64,000 bases of DNA from Octopus vulgaris (GCA_951406725.2 OX597815.1:178374001-178438000), one strand, 5' to 3'. Positions 28,574-42,357 are shown, counted from the stretch's first letter. Notes: a model not told the origin generated them from the letters alone. Translations and numbers: made by a program.

Positions 28574-30959
28574 GTATATATATACACTTACATGTATGCA
28601 TACATATGCATGTGTATACATATATATATATATATATATATACATATATTCCATTGCTGCACACACATTCAAGTCAACTCACGCACATAAACATCACCGA
28701 GTTATGCTAACACTACATGAGGACGCACATACCAACCTCCAAACAGAGCCAACCACATATAAAACACCTGTGATCTCACTGCGCCAAGAGCAAACCTACA
28801 CAAGCCTACGCATTCACACCACATCTGTAATGTGGGGTGCCCGGTTTGCATGGCGATTCAGTATATTTTAGACATGAATAGTCCATTCTAAATAGTCTAT
28901 TCTAGACTATCTAGAATATAACCAAAGAAAGAAAGAAAAATTCCGCCAAACAGCATTTACAAATAATCTAGTAAAGTACACTTTCTATGAGAAACAATAT
29001 TGACAACAGCGAATTTAAAACCAGAAATAGCATTGTCTAAAACCGTGCACTATATTTGAAGAAACGTGTCACACACAAAATTTACGTTTGTAAAGATAAT
29101 AGAAAAATATCTAAAAATTCAGCAGTTAACAATAATGCCATGAAAATTACATTCAAGTTCTGTGAAAATGAATGTCATCGCCTGCAACATTAATATAACA
29201 ATGATTCAGAAAATCCTCTTATTAGACAAAAACAAAAACGCGCACAAACGAAACGAAACTCGATTTAAATAAGACAGACCCTTTCACGGCGGAGATGATC
29301 TTATATAACGCATAAAACCTTCCATTAATGATATAGGTGCCACAAAAGATATTTTCAAACCATTCGTAAATGCCTCTATACAAGAAATGCAGCCTTTCCA
29401 AATAAAATCAAGAAGTAGGAAGCATGTTTTTTAGAAACGCCCTCACCAATCGTTTCGCATGAAAGCAATCGCCACCCTTGACGGCCACCCTTTAACCTTT
29501 TCTCAAACACCATCATACACACAGCAATGAACATGCCTGCTGTAACATTATTACAACTAAACTTTTGCGTATTTCTTGTGACTACGTCTTGACTGGTTCG
29601 AACGCAACACGCACTGGTCGCTGTAGCGTGTCATAGGAGGAGAGTAACTTCTCCATTTTTCTGTGATAGAGTATTCGCCCTACTCAACTTTCTGGTGCCC
29701 GACATCCTACGACACCAGTATTTCGCCATGTTGTCTTTCGTCAGTCAAAGCTACAACGGACATTTCAGTCAATCCAAGCATCTGGCCTTTGTTATACATT
29801 CAGTGAAGAAAAATTTTTGCTGAGAGGTGCCTATATCTGCTATACTATGATACACAATAGAGAGAGCAGCATATTTTGCGTCTGAACCTGCCTAGGCATA
29901 TTAAGAATAAAGAGATATTCATTTTAGATGTCTCTTTACGCGGTGCAAATAGCGATTTCATATCGATTAGCAGACATAAAAACCGATCAACAAATAATAC
30001 TCTGCACCAGCGAATCAAATGTGCTGAACACAGTATTGTGACAAAAGAGAAGTTGTTCTCCTTTGACTCAAACTACAACACCTTACATATTTTGCGTGTG
30101 AACGTGCCGAGACGTATTAAGAATAAATTTGCAAATATTCCTTCCAGATGTCGCTGTATATCGGGCTAATAACCATTTTATAAGAGTTTTAGTTTGTAAA
30201 CAACTCACACCAACACTCTGATATGAAGCTGCATAAAGCCCAACTGCAGTAAATTTTCCTTAACCAACACTTGTTCCCTACAACAAGCTACAGTAAATAT
30301 ATCCCGAACAAACAATAAATATATCCTTAAATTTCCTAGAACTAAAACCCAAATACCATCACAGGTTACTCATACATCAATAAAAAACATAGTAAGAACA
30401 CTTTTAACAATTTCAACACAAAAGGCGTGACGAAGTGTGTTACACAAAGAAATAGAATCTAACTTCGATTCTAATAGCTTACTAGAATTCAAAGCCCCCA
30501 CAGTCACTAATACATATTCTCTAATACTTGCTTGCAACAAAATATTTCTGAATTCATTTACAAATATATCCCGTAATGAAAAGTAGAATAGTGCGACTCC
30601 AATTATGTGCCCTAAACAAACGGTCTAATAAGTAGAAGCAAAAAGAGATAATCTCGAACGCAAGACGCCTGGATATTGCATAATCGATAGCACGCAGGGT
30701 AAAATGCCTAGCGGCTGCATTTCGTCTGTCTTTAATTTTTGAGATCAAATTCCGCAGAAATTGACTTTAAAGGTCGCTAACATAAGTACCAGTTAAGCAC
30801 TGGTGGGGTTAATGTAATCGACTTATCGCCTCCTTCCACCCCCACTGAATTACTGGTATTTTGTCAAAAGTTAAAACCAATATTGCAAACTCCAAGCCAA
30901 ACAACAAGGAAATAACGAAAACTAACCTCAATACATAGAAAATTGGTGATCATCTAGAT

Positions 30960-31211
30960 CAGTAGTTCCCAAACTTTTTCAGGCAGCCTCCCCCTTGGCA
31001 CCCAGGCCACATTCCTAGTCCCCCCCCCAAAAAAAAAAGCTGAATTTCATAAATAAAACTTAAGCCTAATTAACTTGTTAATTTTTGTTTTTCTATCTAT
31101 CACCCCACTCTGGCCACCCCATTAACATCCCACTTTTCTTCAACGCACCCCTAGATCTTCCCACCGCCCCCCCCCCCAATGGGGCAGTGCTGCCTATTTT
31201 GGGAACCACTG
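30960..31211. mobile_element. hAT (Charlie/Buster-like) MITE
   Basis: TIRs CAGTAGTTCCCAAA / TTTGGGAACCACTG; left flank ATCTAGAT fits the nTCTAGAn target consensus, right flank ATTGATAT is degenerate. Confidence 0.75.
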
Positions 31212-31514
31212 ATTGATATCAACATGAAATACACAGCAATGAGTGAAGACCATCAAAAGAGTAAAGCACTTTAACGGCAACAACGGTGACGCCATATCAC
31301 CGACGCAATAGCTTCAAACAGGAGAGACTTCGACTGCAACATTGAGCAAACGTGTCTTGAATGGCACAACAATGCAGAGTGGACTATAATAACTGTTATA
31401 ATTTAATTATCCATAGTCTGATATAATAATAATATTTCAGAATATAAAAATTCCTTCTTCAGATATCGCTAGGAATTGATCGAGTCACTGCTATAATCGG
31501 TTTTCCAAATGTCA

Positions 31515-31675
31515 GTGTTTTTTTTTCGGAAGCGTTTATGCAGTGGTCTCACAAAGCTCCTTCCACACACACACACACAGACGTAGTAGAAGACACCCAA
31601 GGTGCCGTGCAGTGGAACTGACTCTGAAACTATGTAGTTAGGAAGCATGCTTCTTAACACACAACCGTTTTCTCC
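31515..31675 (-). mobile_element. SINE family A, degenerate 5' half
   Basis: GTAGTAGAAGACACCCAAGGTGCCGTGCAGTGGAACTGAC is the reverse complement of the SINE head. Confidence 0.75.
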
Positions 31676-31701
31676 CTCATTCTTCAAACACTGATACACA
31701 A

Positions 31702-31862
31702 CGCAGGAGTGGCTGTGTGATAAGTAGCTTGCTTACCAACCACATGGTTCCGGGTTCAGTCCCACTGCGTGGCACCTTGGGCGAGTGTCTTCTACTATAG
31801 CTTCGGACCGACCAAAGCCTTGTGAGTGGATTTGGTAGACGGAAACTGAAAGAAGCCCGTCG

Positions 31863-31863
<1 letters not shown>
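31702..31863 (+). mobile_element. SINE family A, 5' half (well preserved)
   Basis: CGCAGGAGTGGCTGTGTG...GGGTTCAGTCCCACTGCGTGGCACCTTGGGC...GAAAGAAGCCCGTCG then (TA)n. Confidence 0.92.
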
Positions 31864-31894
<31 letters not shown>

Positions 31895-32542
31895 CTCTCA
31901 ACGAATTGTTTCAAACGGGAAAATCGTCAATGGAGAAGAATATTTAGACCCCCTGTATTAATATTTTTCTAGCTTGAATCCGAGATATTTCTGTTTAATA
32001 TATCTCGGAATTACAAAATGGCTCACTACCCATTTTGTGGAGGAAGATAATCATGTCAGTTTTCGTATACAGTTAAAGACGCTAATCATAAACAATACAG
32101 TATGGTAAAATGAATTGCTTAGTCTCCAACGAAGCATCGACAGCTGTTGTTAACAGTTCATATAATTTAAATGACCTTCAGTAGCTACAACAGACTTTCT
32201 GGCCCCTTCTTGCAGAGAGGCATCACCGAACGATAACACAGCAGAGCGTGTTACTGAAACGTCTTACTAAAAGAAATTTTCGTTGTCCAACCCCGCGAGT
32301 ATAACACAATGTTATTGAAAACGTGCGCGTATGAATGTGTGTAAGTACATGTTTGAAAGAATCAACACATGTATGTGTTTGTTAATCACAGTTGTATGTA
32401 CAAGCATATACGCAGCTATACAAGTGCACTTGTGTATGCAAACATACATATGTGTATGCAAAATGGATATACATATGCATGCAAACAACTGTAAGCACAT
32501 TTGTATACACGTATATATATATATATATATGTATATGTGTGT

Positions 32543-32599
<57 letters not shown>

Positions 32600-32630
<31 letters not shown>

Positions 32631-32819
32631 ATGTACTTATGTGTGGATATATGTATAAATTTCTTTGAAATTATGTAAACAGATACGCACATATCCGCAA
32701 ACACACAAACATATATACGAGCATACACACACATATATATATGCCGATATATATAGATATACATATATATATATATTTATACATTTATATATATATATAT
32801 ATATATAGATATACATACA

Positions 32820-32855
<36 letters not shown>

Positions 32856-32914
32856 TACATACACTAATATATATATATATATATCTTGATTCACCGATAT
32901 AAATGTATGTATAA

Positions 32915-32961
<47 letters not shown>

Positions 32962-33235
32962 TGTGCATGTACTTATGTGTGGATATATGTATAAATTTCT
33001 TTGAAATTATGTAAACAGATACGCACATATCCGCAAACACACAAACATATATACGCGCATACACACACATATATATATGCCGATATATATAGATATACAT
33101 ATATATATATATATATTTATATATTTATATATATATATATATATATATATTCATACATACACTAATATATATATATATATATAAACCTCTTGATTCACCG
33201 ATATATATGTATGTATAAGTGCATGTGTGTGTGTG
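32600..33235. repeat. Tandem duplication of ~300-340 bp of microsatellite-rich DNA
   Basis: GCATGTACTTATGTGTGGATATATGTATAAATTTCTTTGAAATTATGTAAACAGATACGCAC and TCTTGATTCACCGATATA each occur twice, almost identically. Confidence 0.85.
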
Positions 33236-34464
33236 TGGAGAGAGAAAGAGAGAGAGGGGTGCATGTAGGTATATATACATATTTTGTGAAGTAACAATAT
33301 CGACATGACCAGAAGTGGCGAGGCCAAGCTTAGTCGACAATTTTCATATTAATAGTTTTCAACGAAAACAATGTTGATATGAACAAACTAACAGCAAAGC
33401 AATTTAGACTGCATGATTGCCTAAGACTACGTATGCTAAATTCTATCAAAAAACCAATAAGCTACTCTCACACAAGTGCGAACACATAAACGGATACTTT
33501 AACGCATGGCGCACGCTTTCGCACAACTTCTATACATTTAGTCGCGTGCACAAATGTGTGTAAATGCGATCGTTTGAATGTTTTGCCGGTATATATATTA
33601 TGTATAGAGAGACAAAGAAATGGGGGAATTATCATTTGAGAGTTTGATAAATTATTTACATCATTTTTTTTCTCCCCATTGTGCATTTCGTTGTGCCAAG
33701 GTTGATTCTATCATTCTGACAGACAAGTAAATAACTTATTAAACTATGTGAACGCTGTTTCTGTATTGCCAATCATATTTGTTCCTTAGCAGGAATTACA
33801 TTGGCGGATGTTGTCTGACCATCAAGAAACTATATCACCAGAAGCCCGCTGTTTGTGTTAGACAGAGAAAAGAAGCTTTTATTTTGTTTGTATGCTGTGT
33901 TTTTTGTTTTTTTTGTTCTGTTTCTCGTTGTATGTGTGTGTGTTTTCTTTTTTTTTTCTGTTTCCAAGTTGAATACCTGTCTAAGAATTTCTAAAACAAG
34001 TATTTTTTTAAAATCCGATCCTTATTCGAAATGATTTGAGATGGTTCTCAGAACCTAGCGACGCTTTTACCTGCAACTGTTCTTGTAATGCTATCGTATT
34101 GCCCATTCACAAGTCTGCTGGTTGTTTAGCAACAGGAAGGTAGCATTGGGTGAAATTTCACTGAACCAACATCTTACCAACCCGAAGTATCCCTCTTGCG
34201 CTGAGATCTGTCACTCTAATATATCAAATGATAACACTTGTCCTATCATTAAATACGTTTAGCTGTAACACCTCGCACCAAACGAATTCATGGTATGTCT
34301 TTAAACGTAATGGAAGTCATGATGAGACACCGAGTAAACTTCTATATGGTCGCTCGTTCTATAAAAACATTAGCTACAATCACCTTGAAAATACATATTG
34401 GTGTTTTAAATTAAGTAATGAGATACTCGGTATATATACAGTATATATACTCGGTATATATACA

Positions 34465-34694
34465 GGCGGCGAGCTGGCAGAATGTTAGCACGCCGGGCGA
34501 AATGCTTAGCGGTATTTCATCTGCTGCTACGTTCTGAGTTCAAATTCCGCCGAGGTCGACTTTGCCTTTCATCCTTTCGGGGTCGATAAATTAAGTACCA
34601 GTTACGCACTGGAGTCGTTGTAATCGACTTAATCCGTTTGTCTGTACTTGTTTCTCCACTCTGTGTTTAGCCCCTTGTGGGTAGTAAAGAAATG
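34465..34694 (+). mobile_element. SINE family B with TSD
   Basis: Full copy flanked by GGTATATATACAGG at 34453-34466 and 34695-34708. Confidence 0.95.
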
Positions 34695-35567
34695 GGTATA
34701 TATACAGGGTGTTCAAAACGTCACACCGCAGTGTGAAACTTTTTCTTCCTGCGCATGTGCAACTTGACTATCACTGCTAGTTTTCCTAATGCAAAATTTG
34801 TTTGCCAAATAGTAGTAAACAGCCTCTGTAGCACTACAACTCTCTCTCTACTTAAATTTCTTTATATAGAACTTTGACATTTATTTCACCCTTATTTCTA
34901 TAAATAGAAAATCTTTCTTGTCTCCTTTCAATTGATCATTCTTCACAAACCTTCTAGAAGTTCAAAACAACTGAATATTCTGAATATTCTTCAGTCAGTT
35001 GATAAACTCTACTACCTGAATGTTCTTAAAATTTAAATCGACATATTTGTCTATATATCTACCTTCTCTATAATGTTATCAATTGATATGAAAATTATGT
35101 ATTAATGGGAGACATCTATTAATGGCTGATGATTGGTCAACATTTTAAAACTGTTGTAATACTTACAACATTTAATAAAATGATGTAGCGTGAAACGATC
35201 GTACCACATTACCGAAGTTATTCTTGTTGCTTATTTTGATTATGTATATATATATATATATATACTCAGAGCTGCACGCACAAGGAGACAGAGGTACACA
35301 CACACACACACGCGCACACATACGTAAATATATACATATGCACAGACACACACACGCACTGATCTGCACACATGCGCACAAACAAACAAAAAGGAACGGA
35401 GTGTGAGTAACGGACAGCGTCAAAACTATTGAAAAGGTTGCAAGACGCAACGAAAATTTTAGAAAAATTAAAAAAGAAACAAGGAGAAATTTTACCGGTG
35501 AGTCTGTTAAATTATTAAGTGCCAAAAGAGAATGACTCTCCCCAGACGCAACAGAATATACATACAT

Positions 35568-35692
<125 letters not shown>

Positions 35693-37099
35693 TTAGCTTC
35701 TGAAAGGATCTCACTTCACGTTGAATTAAAAAGCGTACCTAAATTTGCAGCGCTCCTACTAATTACAATCGTGTGTTGTAGCTTTTTGTAATACAAATAT
35801 ACAGCTTCATGGCTTCAGTACTTAAACTTAGTGATTTATGGAGACACAATGCTAGAATATGACACTCCAAACTCAACTTTCAACAGAATGCTGAATTCCA
35901 GAAAACTAACATGTCTGAATGAGTGAGTTTCTCTTTATTTACCATCGAAACTTTTAAGATTAAATAATCAATAGATGCTGTACAAACAAAAATAGTTTAT
36001 GTTGAAGCAAAAAAAGCGTAAGAATAAACCTGAAGTGGCGAAAGAAGTTTTATGACATGGAACAAATGAAACAACTCAGATGACACGAGATAATCCGCAA
36101 GTAACTTAAAGAGAAATGGATCATATATAATCTGAAAGTACGAAGAATACTTAAAAACGTATCAGACAGAAATATTACCAATTTGAAAACAAAAGAATAT
36201 TCGCTTTAAAAAGAAGCTTTGGAAAATGTAGTGTTAGTGGAAATGGTATTGTTTAGACTACATGATACGAAAATATTATCCAAATTCCAATATATAAATT
36301 CGTAGTAAAACGAACTTGATAGGAAGTCAACTTTGGAAATCTATGTTAGCGAAAGGCTGTAAATGTGATAGAATTATAAGTAGTTTTGTTTTGTTAGCAA
36401 GATATAATGCGACAGATTCTATCACTCTATAGCATTAATGCGTATCAGAAAGAATACTGAACATCCACAATCTATAAATATATATACAAAAAGATACAGG
36501 CTTCTCTTTTTTTCCAACATGGTATACACTGTGGTCATCCACGTTTGCAGCATTCCAAGTGACTAGAGAGTTATAATAGCATGAATTCAGTACGAACTAT
36601 CTATTTGTTTGTCTTGGGGGGGTCACTACGCCAATAATAATAACACACGCACTGGTCCAATATCACTTCTTGGTTAAATACCTGATTGGTTAAATGTCAG
36701 ACCAAATAAGTAATCGATCGTTTATTTAATGCGCTGGTTAAGCAATCAATCGGTAGTTTGCTTGTCGAAGACCTTTCTCACAATTCTGGATCTCATCAAT
36801 GGCATGCCAAGATTTGTTTAAACACACGAATTCACATCAAGAACCTTGCAAACAAATACAAATACTTAGCATGAACTGTTATGATTCGTATTCTAAATGC
36901 AATTGGCAAGTATTACTCAGAAGGATATCCTATGAAGTGCTTAATCTTTTACACCCAGTCAACATTGGTGTATTGTTTATAAACCCAAATGAGGACAGCT
37001 ATACATATATAAAAGGTTTTATGGCATTTCAGACTAAACAGCGAAGGATTTCAAAAATTTTTAAGAGTCCAGTCCACTTGTTGCTTACTGAAACTGGAG

Positions 37100-37329
37100 T
37101 ACTGGTACGAAGTTACTCAAGGTGCAATGAATGAAGTCCCTAAAGTGGAAAGTAGGTTGGTTGTATCCAGTAAGTGTGGTGGCGGCAGAGAGGAAACCTC
37201 GAGAATAGCAGTTTGAAGGTGGTGGGCAGGGAAAGGGTCGAGGGGAACAGGATGTGGGGATGAAGGAACTATGGACAAGAATTCTGCGAAGGTTGCAGCT
37301 ACGCTTAATAAAATGCATGGATAGAAGAA

Positions 37330-37364
<35 letters not shown>

Positions 37365-37428
37365 AGAAGAAGAAGAAGAAGAAGAAGAAGAAGAAGAAGA
37401 AGAAGAAGAAGAAGAAGAAGAAGAAGAA

Positions 37429-37460
<32 letters not shown>

Positions 37461-38300
37461 AAAAGAAGAAGAAGAAGAAGAAGAAGAAGAAGGAGGAGGA
37501 GGAGGAGGAGAAGAAGAAGAAGAAGAAGAAGAAGAAGAAGAAGAAGAAGAAGAAGAAGAAGAAGAAGAGGGAGGGAGGGTGACACTGTATGGGATTCTGG
37601 AAGCATGGTACAATGGAGAGATGCGATCAATTGTCGGACACGCGTGAGGGCAGACTGGATAAGAGGGAGGGAAAACCACGTCAAATTAACAGAAAGATCG
37701 TATATTCTTCCTGATTCTAGAAGTAGAAGTTGGTGCTGCACAAGCGCTGGTGACGGAGGAACTGAATATAGAAGGCAAAGTATGGAAGTCGAAGTCGAGG
37801 TACCAGTGGGGGCCGGTGGGTTTGTAGAAGATGGAGGTAGACGTGATGAGGGTAGAGTAATGAAGGGGGGAATGATAGATGGAGATTGTAAAGTGGGGAA
37901 ATTAGTAACAAGGGTTGATGAAGATGAAAGGGATTTGTTACGGGTAGGAGAATTGGTACCGAAACAGTTGTCAATATAATGTAACGGCAGCTGTATATCT
38001 CTGATGTGCCATCAGCAGACTGGGAGAAGATTTGAGCTTCAGCGTGGCCGACAAATTGGATCACATAACCTAGGGACCTGCTCGTATGCTTATCTCGCCA
38101 AAGAAAAATAATGAAGAGTAAACACGAGCTGGGTTTGACGAAGAAGAACATAGAGTGGCACGAAGATAGAGTTAGGAAGAAATGTGTTCAGTGGGGCAGT
38201 TACAGACAGCATCGATAGAGTGACTAGGGTTTTCGGTGGCTTTTGGGGACGAAGCCTATAGAGGGTGTGTGGACGATGGGGTGTGAGGCAGTAGAAGAGG
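37100..38300 (-). mobile_element. Decayed Penelope-like element (RT to start of GIY-YIG)
   Basis: Minus motifs in order: FVGHAEAQIF, YIDNCFG (YIDD), IQFLRHQRLCS, KRSCNLRRILVHS, PFPC..C, FHFRDFIHCTLSN. Confidence 0.75.
37323..37568. repeat. (GAA)n/(GGA)n tract inside the Penelope relic
   Basis: Direct inspection. Confidence 0.95.
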
Positions 38301-39088
38301 AAGAGGGGGATGAGTTGACAGACGACAGGAGGGGAGGAAGAGGGGGAGGAGCCGGCAGACGACAGGAGAGGAAGAAGAGGAGGAGTTGGCAGACGACAGG
38401 AGAGGAGGTTCCTGTGATGTCAAGGTCGGCCTACCATACTTCTATGACGATATCGTCACAGCATAACATGGAGCGGAGAGTGAAGCCTGTCTGGGACGAT
38501 GCTGGAGCATGGAGAACGTTCTGCTGCATCGGTCAACGGTAAATTGATCTTCAACACTGAACTGGTTGCGACCCGGAGTCCAGTGCGATGGTCAGCCCAG
38601 CTTCGTGAAGCATTCAACGTATTCGGTGCACGAGGCGTGCCACAAAAAATTGATGCATAGTTTTATGTGACGCATAAGTATACCTAAGCGTATACCAATA
38701 GCAATGAAATTATATAAAAATGTGAAAATTAAAATTCGAAAGCGTTTCGGGAGCAACACCTTAAACGTGGATTTGTATTCGGAGTGACATCTTTGTTCAC
38801 CTTATATGGCAAAGGATTCATAAAACGTAAGGGGTCTGTGCTATTTTTACCCAGAGCATTGTTCTAAAATGTGAATGTTGTGGAGGAAGAGATTCGAAGT
38901 GATTTTTAACGTAGTAATATTTGCTGTGCATGACCTGCACTTCAAGAGTTACGTTGTCAAGAAGCTGTATCAGTCCTTTAGAGTTTTGTGACTCAGGCAA
39001 TTTCACCCTAATGAGTGCATTTGTAATAATGAAGTAGAAAGTAATGAATGATACAGAATTATTTTCACAGCACACGCTTTGAGAGTAG

Positions 39089-40084
39089 TTGTACGTCTCA
39101 AAGGTTGAAATCCTTTGTAAATTGAATGTGGAGAGAAGAATAGCTCAGCTCGTCACATTGAAACACGAGAATCTGAAAGAACGGATGAAGACGCAGCTGG
39201 AAGCGTTGCCTCCAAAATCCAGTCAATGTCAGGTATTTTTGTTTTGCTTTTTGTGGGTTTTATTTTTCGTTTTTCTTTTCGGTTGCAGAGACATACAAAG
39301 TAAAACATGTTGAAAAGGTAATTTCGTATTGGAAGAGATATTACAGTAAGAAATAAAAGCAATTTTGAGGATTTGAAATGTGGAAAAGCTGATAAAACCC
39401 ATGGAAAGAAATTGTGCTCGACATGATAAAAGTAGAGTACAGCAAGCAGCGAATTTTTTGTTAAGTGGAAGAAATTGTTCAACGTATATGATGGGGAATA
39501 AAAAAAAATTAATGATTGATGGTGAGGAAATTGATTTTCCGAAATTGATTCGAAAAGATATTAATAGCAACTTACGCCGTCGATATATAGAATGCTTTCC
39601 AAACGAAAAATGATCGAATAGAAAATTTATCCATTCACCAAAATAACGACAGCTATAACATGGTTGGATCAGAAAGCCAAAGACATGGTAGATTATGTAT
39701 GTGGGGTTCTGCTGTAAAACAACTTTGATATGATTCAACGAAGTGCTGCAGCTGGTGATCATAACACTGGATCATTATTACCTCTAATATCTGCTTTAGA
39801 AACACTTTTAAAAAGCTCGTACGATAAACGTGCTTCGAAATGTAGAATTATTGATCCAAATTATGCGCTTTCGCCTCATGATGGATCGTCATCTATTGCT
39901 TGTCATGCATTCCTGCAGGAATACATTTGACATGCAGTTGAGTCAGTTCCTCAAATTAATCACTATCTTGCGCTCAAAATCAGAGTTACCTACCAAAGAG
40001 AAGCCATTGGTGGAATATTGGATCGACTGGGGTCCGATCAAACCCACAGAGGAACTCAAAAGAAAGTTTGAATCAATGTATTAA
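39089..40084 (+). pseudogene. Frameshifted coding relic, probably the N-terminal part of a large DNA-transposon protein
   Basis: Successive + strand ORFs read as one decayed protein (ENLKERMKTQLEALPPKS...ARHDKSRVQQAANFLLS...GNKKKLMIDGEEIDFPKLIRK...DYVCGVLL.NNF); family assignment from memory only. Confidence 0.45.
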
Positions 40085-40561
40085 AATGATAAAAAATAAT
40101 ATGAATTTGTTTATTGGACGGTTGGTTAATATTGCTGCGAAGCTATAATTTATTCAAAATACACCCAGAAAGAAGGAGAAATAGTAGAAACTCAAAGAAT
40201 TTCAATTATTAGAATCTTTGAACGGATCAATATAGCAAGTGGTTTCGTTATGTGATCAGTATAGAAATTAGGGTGACTAGGGAGCACACAGAAATGGGAA
40301 GTTGTTTAGTCTTATTTCGAAACTGAAAGAAATTTAATCCCGTGATGAAGACATTCCTCAGACACAATCAGATAACGCTCAGTGGCACACAACCGCAGCC
40401 TTTGATTTACGTTATATGAGTTGTGTTATGTAAACCAAATAAAAGGTGCATGGAGTGGACGTCTTAAGAGAACAGCCATTGAAACTCAATATGGAAATGA
40501 CTAAATTCATTATTGTTCATCATTTTAATATATACATTCATATATATGTATATAAATACGC

Positions 40562-40622
<61 letters not shown>

Positions 40623-40658
40623 TGTATGTATATATATATATGTATATATATGTATATA

Positions 40659-40732
<74 letters not shown>

Positions 40733-40734
<2 letters not shown>

Positions 40735-41150
40735 CTCTTACTCTCTCTTTACTCTTTTACTTGTTTCAGTCATTTGACTGCGACCATGCTGGAGCACCGC
40801 CTTTAGTCGAGCAAATCGACCCCGGGACTTATTCTTTGTAAGCCCAGTACTCATTCTATCGGTCTCTTTTGCCGAACCGCTAAGTGACGGGGACGTAAAC
40901 ACACCAGCATCGGTTGTCAAGCAATGCTAAGGGGACAAACACACACACACAAACACACACATACATATATATACATATACATATATACGACAGGCTTCTT
41001 TCAGTTTCCGTCTACCAAATTCACTCACAAGGCATTGGTCGGCCCGGGGCTATAGCAGAAGACATTTGCCCAAGATGCCACGCAGTGGGACTGAACCCGG
41101 AACCATGTGGTTGGTTAGCAAGCTACTTACCACACAGCCACTCCTGCGCC
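40733..41150 (-). mobile_element. SINE family A, full length
   Basis: Head GGCGCAGGAGTGGCTGTGTGG, B-box GGTTCAGTCCC, internal (TA)/(TG) tract, tail GGCGGTGCTCCAGCATGGTCGCAGTCAAATGACTGAAAC followed by (AGTAAAAG)n; flanked by (TA)n. Confidence 0.95.
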
Positions 41151-41158
41151 TATGTATA

Positions 41159-41208
<50 letters not shown>

Positions 41209-41229
41209 GTGAAATAGAAAGATGAATAA

Positions 41230-42115
41230 TCTTGTAGTAGATTAATCAAAAGTTTAACCGATACCTTAGTAGCAAAAATCACAGCAGTAAACAGCACGGT
41301 TGGAGGTACAACCATATGGTGTTGCAACCGTGCGTTGGTGCGGATAATTGAAATTAAAACCAATAATAATTCACCAATAATGTTATATATATATATATAT
41401 ATTTAACTGACAGTTGAATTCTTGGCAACTTTAGTACTTCTTAGAATGCTACAACAACCTGAACTTTTAGAAAATCTTTTTGACCAATCCGCATGAAACA
41501 TAAACATCATGGTTTGCCAGGCGTACCGATATTCTGTAACCTGTTTATATTTATATGCTAGAATTTTTTTAATCCATATCATTAACTGGTCGTTATATTA
41601 TTGCTGTTATTTCTATTCAGAACAGGTTTGAATATTTTAATAAACCGTTTTTCTCTTTTTTCTTGAAAAGAAAAAATTAAAAACATTTTCTGACCACATG
41701 TTTCTATATGTTCGCTCAATGGAGTTTGAAGAATATTGGTGTTCCGGATTTGTTGTCTGTGGACTCATGAGCATTCCGATGATGGATTCACTGCCTCACC
41801 AATATGTAGTTCATCGCAATTCGGGCATTTAATGCAGCAGATCAAATTTCTGCTTTTGCGGTTCATATCTGCATTTGAGAAAATATATCTACCCGCATGC
41901 ATCCGTTATCATTACATTTGGATACTGTGAATGTCTTATCCTGTTTATTCATGTTGAATTTTTGCCTTTAGGTTATGTGGTTGCCTCTTGCTTAAGATAA
42001 GTGTTTGATTAGTTATGTATATTTTTTAACTTTTCAATTTGTTTTATGATTGACAAATTTGTTTTAATGATGTTAAAAATGTGTTGGTGGTGCCAATTGT
42101 GTGTTACTAGAAATG
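41230..42115 (-). mobile_element. Penelope-like 3' fragment with GIY-YIG endonuclease relic
   Basis: Minus translation SKRQPHNLK...VSKCND..C...SRNLICCIKCPNCDELHIGE...VHRQQI...PLSEHIETCG matches the PLE NxIYxIxCxxC..YIGET motif. Confidence 0.78.
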
Positions 42116-42321
42116 GTGTATAATATGTGTGTGTGTGTACGTGTGTTTACATATATATATAAATGCATGTATGTATGTATTTGTGTTTATGTGTTGTAGA
42201 TGTTTTGTTTTTTTTGTAATATGAGTAGCATTCAGACAAAACGTAAACTGCTAACTTCTTTCTACTCTCTATAATTTTCAAGGTATTATGTTCCGTTCAA
42301 ATTAAACACACACACACACAC

Positions 42322-42357
<36 letters not shown>

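Noticed and set aside
29540-30130. AACATGGCG start-like motif on the minus strand and a ~42-bp dispersed direct repeat (29870 and 30086)
   Set aside because: The ORF is only 32 codons with no recognisable homology, and the repeat has no diagnostic termini.
37085-37979. 241-aa poly-Arg and 218-aa poly-Leu ORFs
   Set aside because: Caused by the (GAA)n tract within a decayed Penelope element.
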